A stretch of 64,000 bases of DNA from Vairimorpha necatrix (taxonomy: Eukaryota): positions 806,001-870,000 of the forward strand of contig CP142736.1 of the NCBI GenBank assembly GCA_036630325.1, in the 5' to 3' direction. Within the stretch, counting starts at the first letter, position 1. The number at the start of each line of letters is the position of its first letter. The notes beneath the pieces are model-generated. The model saw only the letters and a program-made list of their open reading frames with translations. It did not search any database and was not told the origin of the DNA. The position numbers and the translations under genes were made by a program. Below, in pieces: positions 38,531 through 49,200 of this stretch.

Positions 38531-38647
38531 ATGGATGATAAAAATTTGATCCAAAATTTAATACAAATGATAGATTCCCTAGACACGGAGCAAGAAGAAT
38601 GGAGTACGAGTAAAATAGACTTTTTAAAGAGATATGGTCATATTTAA
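38531..38647 (+). CDS. Candidate 38-aa microprotein
   Basis: Not in ORF track. GGGATCCC directly before ATG. MDDKNLIQNLIQMIDSLDTEQEEWSTSKIDFLKRYGHI*; coding-like composition within an AT-rich spacer. Confidence 0.5.
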   Translation: MDDKNLIQNLIQMIDSLDTEQEEWSTSKIDFLKRYGHI

Positions 38648-38768
38648 AAATATACCATCAAATTATAAAGTAAACATTTTTATATATATTACATACTATT
38701 AAATCTATATATATATATAATAAATTTATCTCTAATTTATTCTATTAATTTTTATTATTATTCTAATT

Positions 38769-39935
38769 CTATAGTATTAGTATGTACAGTTTCTTAAATA
38801 TTCTGTATAATAAAATGCTCACTCCGTGGACACACACACTCAGTAAGACGATCTTACTCGCGTAATAATACAGTCCATTATGATAATCTATATCTACCAT
38901 CATACTGTAATATATCGCCCCCACACCTATAGGACCAAACCAGCCTATAAATAAAGCTTCTTTCTTACTCCTAATATTCTCTATACACTTCCTTAATACA
39001 TAGCATATTACTGGTCTTCTTATACAAATTATTATTAAACTAATTAATAACTCCTTAACGGTAAATTGTAAATCTAGTGTACTACCAAATATAACGAAGA
39101 AAGTGGTAGACACTAGTAGATCTACTGTCTCCTGCATATTTCTATCATATTCTATTGATATAAACTCGTCAGATGAGAACTGTATCCCACACATGAAGAT
39201 ACAAATAAACTCTGAACCTTCTAGTATCTCCATGATGCCTATAGAGACTAATACTAGTAAGAATGTGTGGATTATAAAAGAATCCATGCCTACTAAAGAC
39301 TTCCTATAACAAAACTTGAAGAATGTCTTGGCAGTCATACCTAATATAATACCACAAGTGGTAGATAATAATATTTTATGATATAAAATATTATAAAGAA
39401 ATCTACTAATACTCGTATTATTAGGTATACTTAGTAATATAATACCTAATCCATCATTTATACCACTTTCCGCTAGTAGTAGAAGTCTCAACCTATTTGG
39501 TATTTTCAATCTGCTTTTTATAATACTAGAACACAAGATAGGATCAGTAGGAGTCAAGGCAGAAGCGAGTTGCCAGCATTGTAAAACACTCAGAGATCTA
39601 AAGAAATGTAATAATAGAAATGTGAAAATGCATTTTATAAACCCTACTAGTATGACTAGTACTAGTAGAGATTTATAATTAAGAAATACGTAGCGCATTG
39701 GTAAAGAAAGTGCTACATTCATCGTCTGAAGACAGAGAATCATCCTTGAGATTGAAAAAAGACCGTATGGGTTTACTTTCAAAATGTATAAAAAATTTTT
39801 GCCTACTAGTATGCCGAATATTAAAGAAATGAAAGATTCCGGGAGGTGAAGTTTATCTTTGGTGTATTTTGAGACTAGAGTGAAGACTAAGACGAAGGAA
39901 GAGAGGACAGTTATTTGTAAGTAGAAAGATGACAT
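38769..39935 (-). CDS. CPA1 Na+/H+ antiporter (Nha1/Sod2-like)
   Basis: Multi-TM protein with LTPTDP, AESGINDG and FIGWFGPIGVGA motifs. Confidence 0.9.
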   Translation of the reverse strand: MSSFYLQITVLSSFVLVFTLVSKYTKDKLHLPESFISLIFGILVGKNFLYILKVNPYGLFSISRMILCLQTMNVALSLPMRYVFLNYKSLLVLVILVGFIKCIFTFLLLHFFRSLSVLQCWQLASALTPTDPILCSSIIKSRLKIPNRLRLLLLAESGINDGLGIILLSIPNNTSISRFLYNILYHKILLSTTCGIILGMTAKTFFKFCYRKSLVGMDSFIIHTFLLVLVSIGIMEILEGSEFICIFMCGIQFSSDEFISIEYDRNMQETVDLLVSTTFFVIFGSTLDLQFTVKELLISLIIICIRRPVICYVLRKCIENIRSKKEALFIGWFGPIGVGAIYYSMMVDIDYHNGLYYYASKIVLLSVCVHGVSILLYRIFKKLYILIL

Positions 39936-40188
39936 AAAAATAATAGAGAGAAAAATATTAATTTATTATTGTTTAACTGATGATCATGTTTTATAACGAC
40001 CAAAATAATGACATAATAAAAGACAATGAAATTGTAGATATAAGTCTATACATATTATAATATTAGACAATGAAATTGTAGATATAAGTCTAAATAAACT
40101 AATAAAAGACAATGAAATTGTAGATATAAGTCTATACATATTATAATATTAAACTTTATATTAAAATATTATAAATTTTCCATTTGTT

Positions 40189-40776
40189 TTATTGTAAATA
40201 CTCGTGTGTTACAAATGAATCATTAAATTCTTCTATAGGACAATTCTGCATCTCATAAATTCCTCTATCTCTCAATCCAACTCTACTACTTCCATCTTTA
40301 TCTTCTATTCTCATATAAAACTTCGGCTCATCTTTAATTCCTTTTAATATTTCCATAATCTTCATCATTTCTCCTCTATCTCCAAACACAGTATTATTCT
40401 GTAGCGCATCAAGTGCTTGATCAATAATTCCTTCTACACTAATCACAATAGGCAAGGAACTCTCATGCTCATATTTAACACTTTTGTATTCTAAAAACAA
40501 CTGCGTATTCATATTCAGATTTACTTCTCTTTTTAAATCATCTTTATTTTTAAAAAAACATGTAATAACAAGCCTTTTAGTATTAGATTTCTCATTGAAA
40601 ATACTGGTATTTTTAATATTACAAGTCTTGCATTCGAAGACTACAAGAACTATTTCTGGGTGGACATCAGTGATTTTGATGTATTTTATAGATGCACTTT
40701 GTTTGCAAGACAAACAAAGTGTGTCTGTAGATTGAGAATTTTGTAAAATGAGATCGTTATAATCAGAACAAGACAT
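40189..40776 (-). CDS. ZPR1: ZPR1 zinc-finger protein (single-domain type)
   Basis: CLSC...FECKTC, DDLKREV, SVEGII and IEDKDGSS (EDPxGNS-like) motifs. Confidence 0.75.
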   Translation of the reverse strand: MSCSDYNDLILQNSQSTDTLCLSCKQSASIKYIKITDVHPEIVLVVFECKTCNIKNTSIFNEKSNTKRLVITCFFKNKDDLKREVNLNMNTQLFLEYKSVKYEHESSLPIVISVEGIIDQALDALQNNTVFGDRGEMMKIMEILKGIKDEPKFYMRIEDKDGSSRVGLRDRGIYEMQNCPIEEFNDSFVTHEYLQ

Positions 40777-41867
40777 GAAAGGGGGATATAAAAAAGAAGC
40801 TTATATAAAATTGTAGCTCATATAACCTTATAGCATAATATTGAAGATCATATTGAAGCTAATATGAAAAATAAAGTTTAACGGTCAATAGAATAGAGTT
40901 TATATTGAAATTTAACGGTCGTTGAAATATGAAATTACATTAAGATTTGGTGACTGAGAAAAATAGGAGTTTATGTAGAACATGCGGTTTATTTAATAGA
41001 TTTTATATTATAAATAAAATTATATTAAGATTTTACGGGTAATAAATATGAAATATAAATTGAGAGTTGATGGTTGAATATATAGAAGTTATATTAAGAT
41101 TTGACGGCAGAGAAATAGAAGTTTGTGGCAAAATATGAAGTGTAAATTACAAAAGAAGTTATATTAAGATTTGACGGCAGAGAAAATAGAAGTTTGTGGC
41201 AGATTATGAGGTGTATATTACAAAAGAAGTTATATTAAGATTTGACGGCATTCATTTTTTTTAATTCTTATAAAAGTTTTTTATAAGAATAAAGAGGGTA
41301 CAAATATTGTAAAAAGTACAAGAAGCCTAAAATAGATCATAAATGTAGTACATACACAAATTTATTACTATATTACAATATAGTACATAAATACACATTA
41401 AAAATGTCTAAGGTACACATTAAAAATTTCTTTGGTACACATTTATTTATAATGACACATTTCTCATATACAAGAATAATACATCACTTTTCATTCTAGT
41501 ACAAATTATTTCTTTACAAATTTAAAAAAAAATATTCCTTTCAAAATTCCACCTGTCAAAACTTTCGATTTTTTGACATTTATTTTACAAAAAAAAACAC
41601 AAATTTGTATTAAATACTAAAATTTACATTTTTAATCCAAGAAAAATATACTTAAATTTATCTTTATTTTAATTTTATTAATTTGTTTGTTCATACAAAC
41701 AAATTCGCATAAATTTATGCAAAAAAGCATAAATAGACAAATTTCCGCATAAAAATAAGATGATGAAATACTATAATATTTTCTAGAAACTAAATAATAC
41801 TCCAATAATTATTATTTTTTTACAATATTACAAACTCAGAATTTTTACCCTTCTCAATAGATTTATA

Positions 41868-43532
41868 ATGAAGACTCATTTTACTCCTAAAAAGAAAGAT
41901 CTTAACATTATTAATTCATTAAATACTCTAATTTATGATTATTTGTTAAAAATGAAATTTGACAAGACAGCTCAAGTTTTTATTACTGAAGCTTATATTG
42001 GCGAGAAAGTTGCCAATGAATTACCTCCTGCTTTATTTGAGTGGTATTTAGCTTTCCATGAGATTAGTAATATAAGATGTGGAATAACAAATAATTCGGG
42101 AGATGTGGCCCGGATAGAAGGAATAATGTTGAAACTTGAGAATGAAAAGAAGAGGTATCAGCATATGGGTAGACTTGATGGATATTATGGGAAACAAGAA
42201 GGGAATGATGTGTATGGATATAATGCTCAGTATTATGGGACAAGTCCTAGGATGAATAGGACTAGATATGAGGATGTGAATTATAAAGTGGCTTATGGTA
42301 AATATAGTAGTGATGAGTCACAGTATTCTAAATATAGTAGTGATGACTTAACATATGGTAAATTTGATCCACAATATTTAACTAATGAAGAATATAAATC
42401 AAGGCCTCATAAAGAGTATATAAGGAATCAAGATATTACGAGAAATGATAATACGAGGAATGAGGAATATATTTCTAAGTCAAGGGACATTACAAGAAAT
42501 CAAGACTTTACAAGGAAAGAAGATTACAATCAAGAATACAAAGATTACAATCAAGATTACAATCAAGATTACATTAGAAATGTCGTAAGAAATAAAGATA
42601 AGGTAAAAAATGAATACTTATTTAAAAATGATGACTCAATCTCCCCAAATGTCTTTGACCCCCTGCTCTCTAATGATGACTTCATAATTAAGACTATTAG
42701 TTCCTTAAGATTATCTGACAGAGAAGTCATCACTTCTTGTGTCTCAAGAGATCATAAAAGATTATTTAATGTTTACAATAATAAGACCATAGGCTCTTTT
42801 AATTATGTCTTGTTTAAGAATGAGTGTATAGTAGAAACAAATGGTAAACAAATTACAATGATGAAGATTAAAGACACCCCTGATTTTATATGGATAGTCG
42901 CCACATTTGATACTAATGAATTAATGGTCATAAGATATTTAATTAATGATCTCAAGTTCGAGATGGCCGGGTATTTAAGAGACCATAAAAATAAGATATC
43001 TTGTTTTGATATTAGTGAATATATTGTCAGTCTAGATATTAAAGGAAATTTAAAAAGATGGAATTTTAAAGGGCAAATTGAGAAAGAAGAGAAATATGGT
43101 GAATTTATAAATTCATTATATATTTATAATGAGAGTAAATATATATTATCAGATAGTACTAGGACTTATTTATATGATCATAATGAACATAAAGAAATAT
43201 CAGAAATATCTAAAGGATATTTACTTAATCTTAAATATTATGATGGATTATTTATATTTGTATTTACAGATAAAGTCCTTATATGTGATAAGTCATTAAA
43301 TAAGATTAAGAATTTATTAATTCCTGATATAAAGGGGGCTACAGTAGTAGAAGGGAAGATACTAGTAGTGACGTCACAAGTACTGTGGTATGAGTCACCA
43401 GTGAGATTAAGTAAGTGTAGTATTTTAGATAAAGATGAGATAATAAATATAGAGAGTATAAATAATTATAAGGCGGGTCATTTCTTAATATTGACAAAGA
43501 AGGGAGAATTAAAGATACTTAGTAAATCTTAA
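41868..43532 (+). CDS. LisH/LUFS-domain protein with low-complexity linker and WD40-like C-terminus (Flo8/LEUNIG-like architecture)
   Basis: LNTLIYDYLLKMKFDKTAQVFITEA (LisH) followed by PPALFEWY..F (LUFS). C-terminal beta-rich region with DHKNKISCFD...LKRWN. Confidence 0.7.
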   Translation: MKTHFTPKKKDLNIINSLNTLIYDYLLKMKFDKTAQVFITEAYIGEKVANELPPALFEWYLAFHEISNIRCGITNNSGDVARIEGIMLKLENEKKRYQHMGRLDGYYGKQEGNDVYGYNAQYYGTSPRMNRTRYEDVNYKVAYGKYSSDESQYSKYSSDDLTYGKFDPQYLTNEEYKSRPHKEYIRNQDITRNDNTRNEEYISKSRDITRNQDFTRKEDYNQEYKDYNQDYNQDYIRNVVRNKDKVKNEYLFKNDDSISPNVFDPLLSNDDFIIKTISSLRLSDREVITSCVSRDHKRLFNVYNNKTIGSFNYVLFKNECIVETNGKQITMMKIKDTPDFIWIVATFDTNELMVIRYLINDLKFEMAGYLRDHKNKISCFDISEYIVSLDIKGNLKRWNFKGQIEKEEKYGEFINSLYIYNESKYILSDSTRTYLYDHNEHKEISEISKGYLLNLKYYDGLFIFVFTDKVLICDKSLNKIKNLLIPDIKGATVVEGKILVVTSQVLWYESPVRLSKCSILDKDEIINIESINNYKAGHFLILTKKGELKILSKS

Positions 43533-43811
43533 CAAAAACCAGAACTACTTCAAAACATTATAAATTAAAAAGATTTATAATATATTAGTAAATATAATAT
43601 ATTAATATTATATGTAGTATATGTTATAGTATATATGTAGTATAATATATATACATTTTAGTATGTTTTAGTATATTTTATTTTTTTAATTTAAAACAAA
43701 CAAAGTTTGAACAAATTAATATAACTTAAAATACTCTATAATACATCAATACTACATATATAATACTACATATATAACACAATATAATTTAGATTTTAAC
43801 TCTAATGTGGT

Positions 43812-44894
43812 TTATTTGGTTATTACTATTGTGAAATTACTCCCCACTGAGAAATCTTCTATTTCGCCAAATTCAAAGGGTATTTTCTTGGGCTCAAATA
43901 TTTCTATATCTTCATACCCTGTAGCCCCATTAAATGTCATCCCAAAACTATACAAATCATTCCCCACTTGTACTATACTAAAATTCTGATATGATCTTAC
44001 TTTACTTACATTTTCCATTATAAATTCAGGCTCAAAACATTTCTTCTTATTTTTCAGACCAAGTTGCCCTTCATCATTTTTCCCACTACCATACAATTTA
44101 TCTTTACATAAAAATAAGGAGTGGTGTTCTCCTCCTGTACAATCTTCTACATCTTCCAGATCTATTAAATGTTTCATTTTTGTAATTTTATCATGTCCTA
44201 TTCCCAATTGACCATAAATATTTGATCCCCATGTGTATACTTCATTATTCTCATTAATAGCCATCCCATGATGCATTCCACTTCTTATTTTCTTTATTTT
44301 ATAATTCTGTGTCTTATTTCTCAGATTAAAAATCTGATTTGGGAATAATGATGACTCTTTAAATCTTTCACTTGTTCGTCTACCAAGTTCATTAAACTCA
44401 TTTGATCCGAATGTCCATACAGATTTGTCATTATTTAGTAACATGATGAAATTAGCACCACAGTGGACATTTGTAGTCTTAAAATTCGTGAAATTTATTT
44501 TTATCTTTTTTGGTTTTTTTTGTATCTTCGTGTTTTCGTCTAATCCGAAGACACCATTGAAATCCCTGAATGTTCCCCAGACATAAATATAATGATTAGA
44601 AGTTAAACAGACAGAGATTGATGCACCACAAGAGATGTCAATGACAGGGTAAGGGATTTCTACTTCTAGTGGGATAGATTCGTCTCCTTCTCTTCCTAGA
44701 GCGTATTCGTCATTACATCCCCATGAGTAAAGGGCGGAGTCAGTGAGAGCGAGAGTGTGGATTGTGCCACAGTGGATTTTTATGACTTTTTTATTATTAA
44801 AGAAATCGAGAAGTTTAGGGATGTGTGTAGAATCTTCGTGTTCTCCCAGGCCTAATTGAGCAGTAGCATTTGAACCAAAGACATAGACCGGCAT
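43812..44894 (-). CDS. RCC1 (Ran GEF) repeat protein
   Basis: Repeated VYxWGxN..GQLG and CGxxHT motifs. Start likely ATG 44894, after a CCCCC motif. Confidence 0.88.
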   Translation of the reverse strand: MPVYVFGSNATAQLGLGEHEDSTHIPKLLDFFNNKKVIKIHCGTIHTLALTDSALYSWGCNDEYALGREGDESIPLEVEIPYPVIDISCGASISVCLTSNHYIYVWGTFRDFNGVFGLDENTKIQKKPKKIKINFTNFKTTNVHCGANFIMLLNNDKSVWTFGSNEFNELGRRTSERFKESSLFPNQIFNLRNKTQNYKIKKIRSGMHHGMAINENNEVYTWGSNIYGQLGIGHDKITKMKHLIDLEDVEDCTGGEHHSLFLCKDKLYGSGKNDEGQLGLKNKKKCFEPEFIMENVSKVRSYQNFSIVQVGNDLYSFGMTFNGATGYEDIEIFEPKKIPFEFGEIEDFSVGSNFTIVITK

Positions 44895-45201
44895 AAAAGG
44901 GGGTAAGAAATTCATTTAATTTATAAGTTATAAGTTATAAGTTATAATTAATTATAAATTGCATATTACTTTATAAATTATTTATTTAATGCATATTTAT
45001 GGGATTCATAAATTATAATCTGCATAAAGAACCAAGAGAAAATAATTTCAACTAAGAGACAATCTTCAACTAAGAGACAATAATTAGTTTTAGAGAAAAT
45101 ACATCTATATTAGATTTATATCTGGTTATTGAAGAAGGCTTTTTAATTTTGAAGATGATCATCCATTTTATAAATAATGATTTATTAGACCCCCCTTTCT
45201 T

Positions 45202-46137
45202 ATGATCCTCAAATATTCTGAAGATTCCCTTGACATTATTTTCGCCCTACAAATTCTCAAGCCCGACTTAATTTGTGAATCAACTAAATTAGATACAATA
45301 ACTTATAAATTAGATACAATAACTACTAATAAATTAGATACAATAACTACTACTAAATTAGATAATATAACTAATATGGATATAATAATAAATACAGTAC
45401 TGGAGACACAGTCTTCATACATGAAAGATATAAAAAGAATAAGAAATACTCTTGAGTCTAAATTAGACAATGAGTTCTTGTCTCTCATTTCTCTCTACAA
45501 TATTATCAAGGATCTTATAATAAGACCAAATCTGAAGAATATTAAATATATACAAGAGATGATAGAGAAATACAAGATAGAATATATATTATTCAATATT
45601 CTGAATATACAAGTAGGAGAAATTATGAGTATAGAAGAAGTAGAGGGGTCTAATAAACTCTACAAAGAGAGAGTCAGATTTCTAGAAGATGACAAGATTA
45701 TAGTAAGCGGACTAAGAGATCAATATAAGAAAGAAGATCTCATTGGTAAGAAAGAAGATCTCATTGGTAAGAAAGAAGATTTCATTGGTAAGAAAGAAGA
45801 TCTCATTGGTAAGAAGTGCTTATTTATTACAAATATCAAAAAGAGTAAAATAATGGGACATGAGTCACATGGGATGATCTTGTGTGGGAAAAACGAGGAC
45901 ACAGTGCGGGTACTCAGCGTAGAAGACGCAGTCCACTCGGGGACAAGAGTCAACTTAAAGAAGAATGAAATGTTTAAGAATATACCAGTGGGGATGATAG
46001 ACTTAAAGAAGAAGTTTTATAAAGATTTAATAGAGAAGATGAGGATTGAGGAAGGAATAGTGAAATATCAAGGAGAAGAACTAGTAGTGGGGGAAGAAAT
46101 AATCAAGAGTGAGATACAAGAAGGAACAATAAGCTAA
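45202..46137 (+). CDS. Arc1p/EMAP-II-like tRNA-binding OB-fold protein
   Basis: IQVGEI...SNKLY...IVSGL...NIKKSKIMGHESHGMILC motif; contains in-frame tandem repeats. Confidence 0.8.
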   Translation: MILKYSEDSLDIIFALQILKPDLICESTKLDTITYKLDTITTNKLDTITTTKLDNITNMDIIINTVLETQSSYMKDIKRIRNTLESKLDNEFLSLISLYNIIKDLIIRPNLKNIKYIQEMIEKYKIEYILFNILNIQVGEIMSIEEVEGSNKLYKERVRFLEDDKIIVSGLRDQYKKEDLIGKKEDLIGKKEDFIGKKEDLIGKKCLFITNIKKSKIMGHESHGMILCGKNEDTVRVLSVEDAVHSGTRVNLKKNEMFKNIPVGMIDLKKKFYKDLIEKMRIEEGIVKYQGEELVVGEEIIKSEIQEGTIS

Positions 46138-46250
46138 AAAATAAAGACTTATTATATTTGTTATAGTACACTACCATAAAGACATAACCTTAATATTTTA
46201 AAGAAAAGTTTAAGATATAATAAGTCTAATGTTTTACATATAATCCCATT

Positions 46251-49200
46251 TGTGGTATCCACCACTGAGGAAAGTATTTAGAAGATTTTTATTATTGATT
46301 TCATTCTTTCTTTCCATCATTTCGTACCCCTCTCCGGATAAAATATTTAAATAAATGTTGGAGGGAAAACTGAACGAATTTGGAGGGAAAGATTTTAAAA
46401 ATATATTTTATGATATTTGGTATATCATAATCTACCTCTCCTTAGATTTCAAAGTTTAGTATCACCTAGGTGAATCCACTCGTAGACTCCCTTAACTTTG
46501 ACCCATCGGTTATTCCTGCTGACAAATTCTACTAGGTGTGGACCCGTAAATGCCTTCTCCCATTTTTTCCCATTAAAGTTCTTTACATACACCATATCAC
46601 CTATTTTAACTGCATTAATCTTTTTCTTAGCCAAACTCTTTTTCTTTCTCCTATGTATCTTCTTAAAATGAGATCTGCCTTCAGGATCAAATTGATTAGT
46701 CCCTGCAACTAATTCTTCTGGTGCGCAACCTATTGATCTTCGATAGTTTTGGTTTAATCGGATTTCTATATTTTTCATTATATTTTCTAGGGGTTCCCTT
46801 TTATATAGCCTGATTATTTCCGAAATAGTACTGTTTGTCCTCTCACAGATACCATTGCTCTGGGGATGATACTTCGGTACATGTACTAATTTTATGTTGT
46901 GTCTATAAGAGAAGTCTTTCACTAAGTTACTAGTGTACTGTGTTCCATTATCTGTAATTATTGTTTTGGGGTATGGGAATTCATTGATCCATTGTTCGAA
47001 ACACTCTACCACCTTTTTATCTGTAATTTCTTTTAGTTTATACACCTTTGTATATCTAGTGTGGACATCAATAATCGTCATAATATACCATTTTTTATTC
47101 TTTATTTTTGTAGGACCGTATATATCCGAACAAATTTTTTCAAAGGCTGTACTTGCGGTAATTTCCATTTTGTTTTCGAATCTATGGTAGCTAAATTTTT
47201 TATTAAATTTACAATCCTGACAACTGTTTACTACGCTTCTGATAGTTTCCTTAATCTTATGGATGTAGTAGTAATTTTTTAAATTATTGTATAATACGAA
47301 CATCCCCGCATGCTTACTTTTTAAATGCATATTTTTAATGAACAATTCACTTTCACATGGCTTTATGTAAAGTTTACCGTTCTTCTTGGTTTCTGTAACA
47401 TGAGGTATCTCTTTTATTACTTTCTTTGCTTGATTTTCTGTATTCACTGCCACTTGTAATACTTCGTCTGGTGGTATTCGTGATAAATGGTCAGCAATTA
47501 CATTTTTCTTTCCTTCGATGCCTTTTAATGTAAAGTTATATTCGTTAAGCATTAATTTCCATCTTATCATTCTGCTGTTATCATTTTTAGTGTCGAACAA
47601 GCAATTTCTATTATCACACATTACTTTAACTTGGTACCCCATGATAATTCCTTTAAAAAATCTTAAGCTTTGTAAGATTGCGAACATTTCCTTTTCGACA
47701 ATCGTATAGTTTACTTCAGTATTAGTAAATTTCTTGCTATAATGTCCTATGCATCCATGCTTTTGAAATAACACTGCACCCATGGCTTTGTCAGATGCGT
47801 CGGTCTGTAAACAGAACTCTTCGTCATATTTCGGAGACACTAATTTTCCGTTTTCTTTAATTTCATTAATTAACTCCTTTATCTTTTGCTTTTCTTGCTC
47901 GTTTAATTCAATCTTTTGTTCAACTCCTTTTAATTTATCTGTTAACGTCATAACTTTAATACTGAAATTTGGCATAAATTCTCGATACCAATTTAATACT
48001 CCTAAAATTTTTTGCAATTCACGACGTTTTGATATATTTAGTTTTGCTAATAATTTGTCAATACTTCTTAGATTTGGTCTAATTTCCCTTTCATTTATAA
48101 TCAGTCCTAACATCTCCACTTCTTTAACTGCAAATATGCTTTTTTCAAAGTTGATTTTTATTTCATAACTAGACAATCTATCTAGTACTTGGTTTAAAAT
48201 CTCATTGTGTTCTTCTTTGGTTAGAGTGTATATTAGAATGTCGTCGATATATACTACTACGTTATGTATTTCGGCTAGAATTTTGTTTATGGTCCTTTGA
48301 AATAATTTGGGACCGGATTTAATGCCAAATGGGATTCTTGTATACTTGTATACATTTCCTAAAATTTTAAAACTTGTAAGATTCATATTATTTTCTTCTA
48401 TAGGTACTTGATTGAATCCGTTTTTAAGATCAATTTTTGTAAAATACTTTGCTCCTTTGACCTCATTAATCATATCTTTAATTTTTGGTAATAAATCTAT
48501 TTCGTCAACTATATTTTTATTCAATTCTCTATAATCTTAATCTACCACTAACCGGATTTCGTGATTTTTCTTAGCAATTACAAAGGCCGGACTGCTGTAC
48601 TTACTATCACTGTATTTAATGATTTTTTCTCTCAAAAGTCTTTGTATCTCTCGTTTAGTTGCATCTAGGTATTTATGTGGAATCGTGTATTTCTTATTTG
48701 TTAGCCTTAAATCCTCTTTTGTTGTAGTTTCAAAACCAACTTTCTTAACTTTCATCTCTTTATATAACTCGTTGTTTTTTATGTATTGAAGTATTTTTTC
48801 TCTATTTTGAATGCTGACATTTTCCTCACTTATGGAAAAGCATTTCTGCAGTAACAAATCTTTATTTTCCTCATATGGTTGAGGTGATCCATCAATCATA
48901 TTAATAATCTTTTGATTATGATTAATTGTTAGGGTTGCAAAGTTTAGAATTATTTGATTCTCACATAAAAATTCTACCCCTAAAATTATATCTGCTGATA
49001 ATTCTTTTATAACGTGTAATCTTGTAAACTGTTTAATGCTAAGGCTATTTATCGAAATATATTCTTCTATAATATCTTCTGACCTTTCCTGATAGCCGTT
49101 TCCGAAAACAAAACTCACTGTTCTATTCTTTTTGGCTATAAGTCCTAACTTTTCTACCTTCTCTGCACTTATCAAATTTTCAGTGCATCCTGTATCTAAA

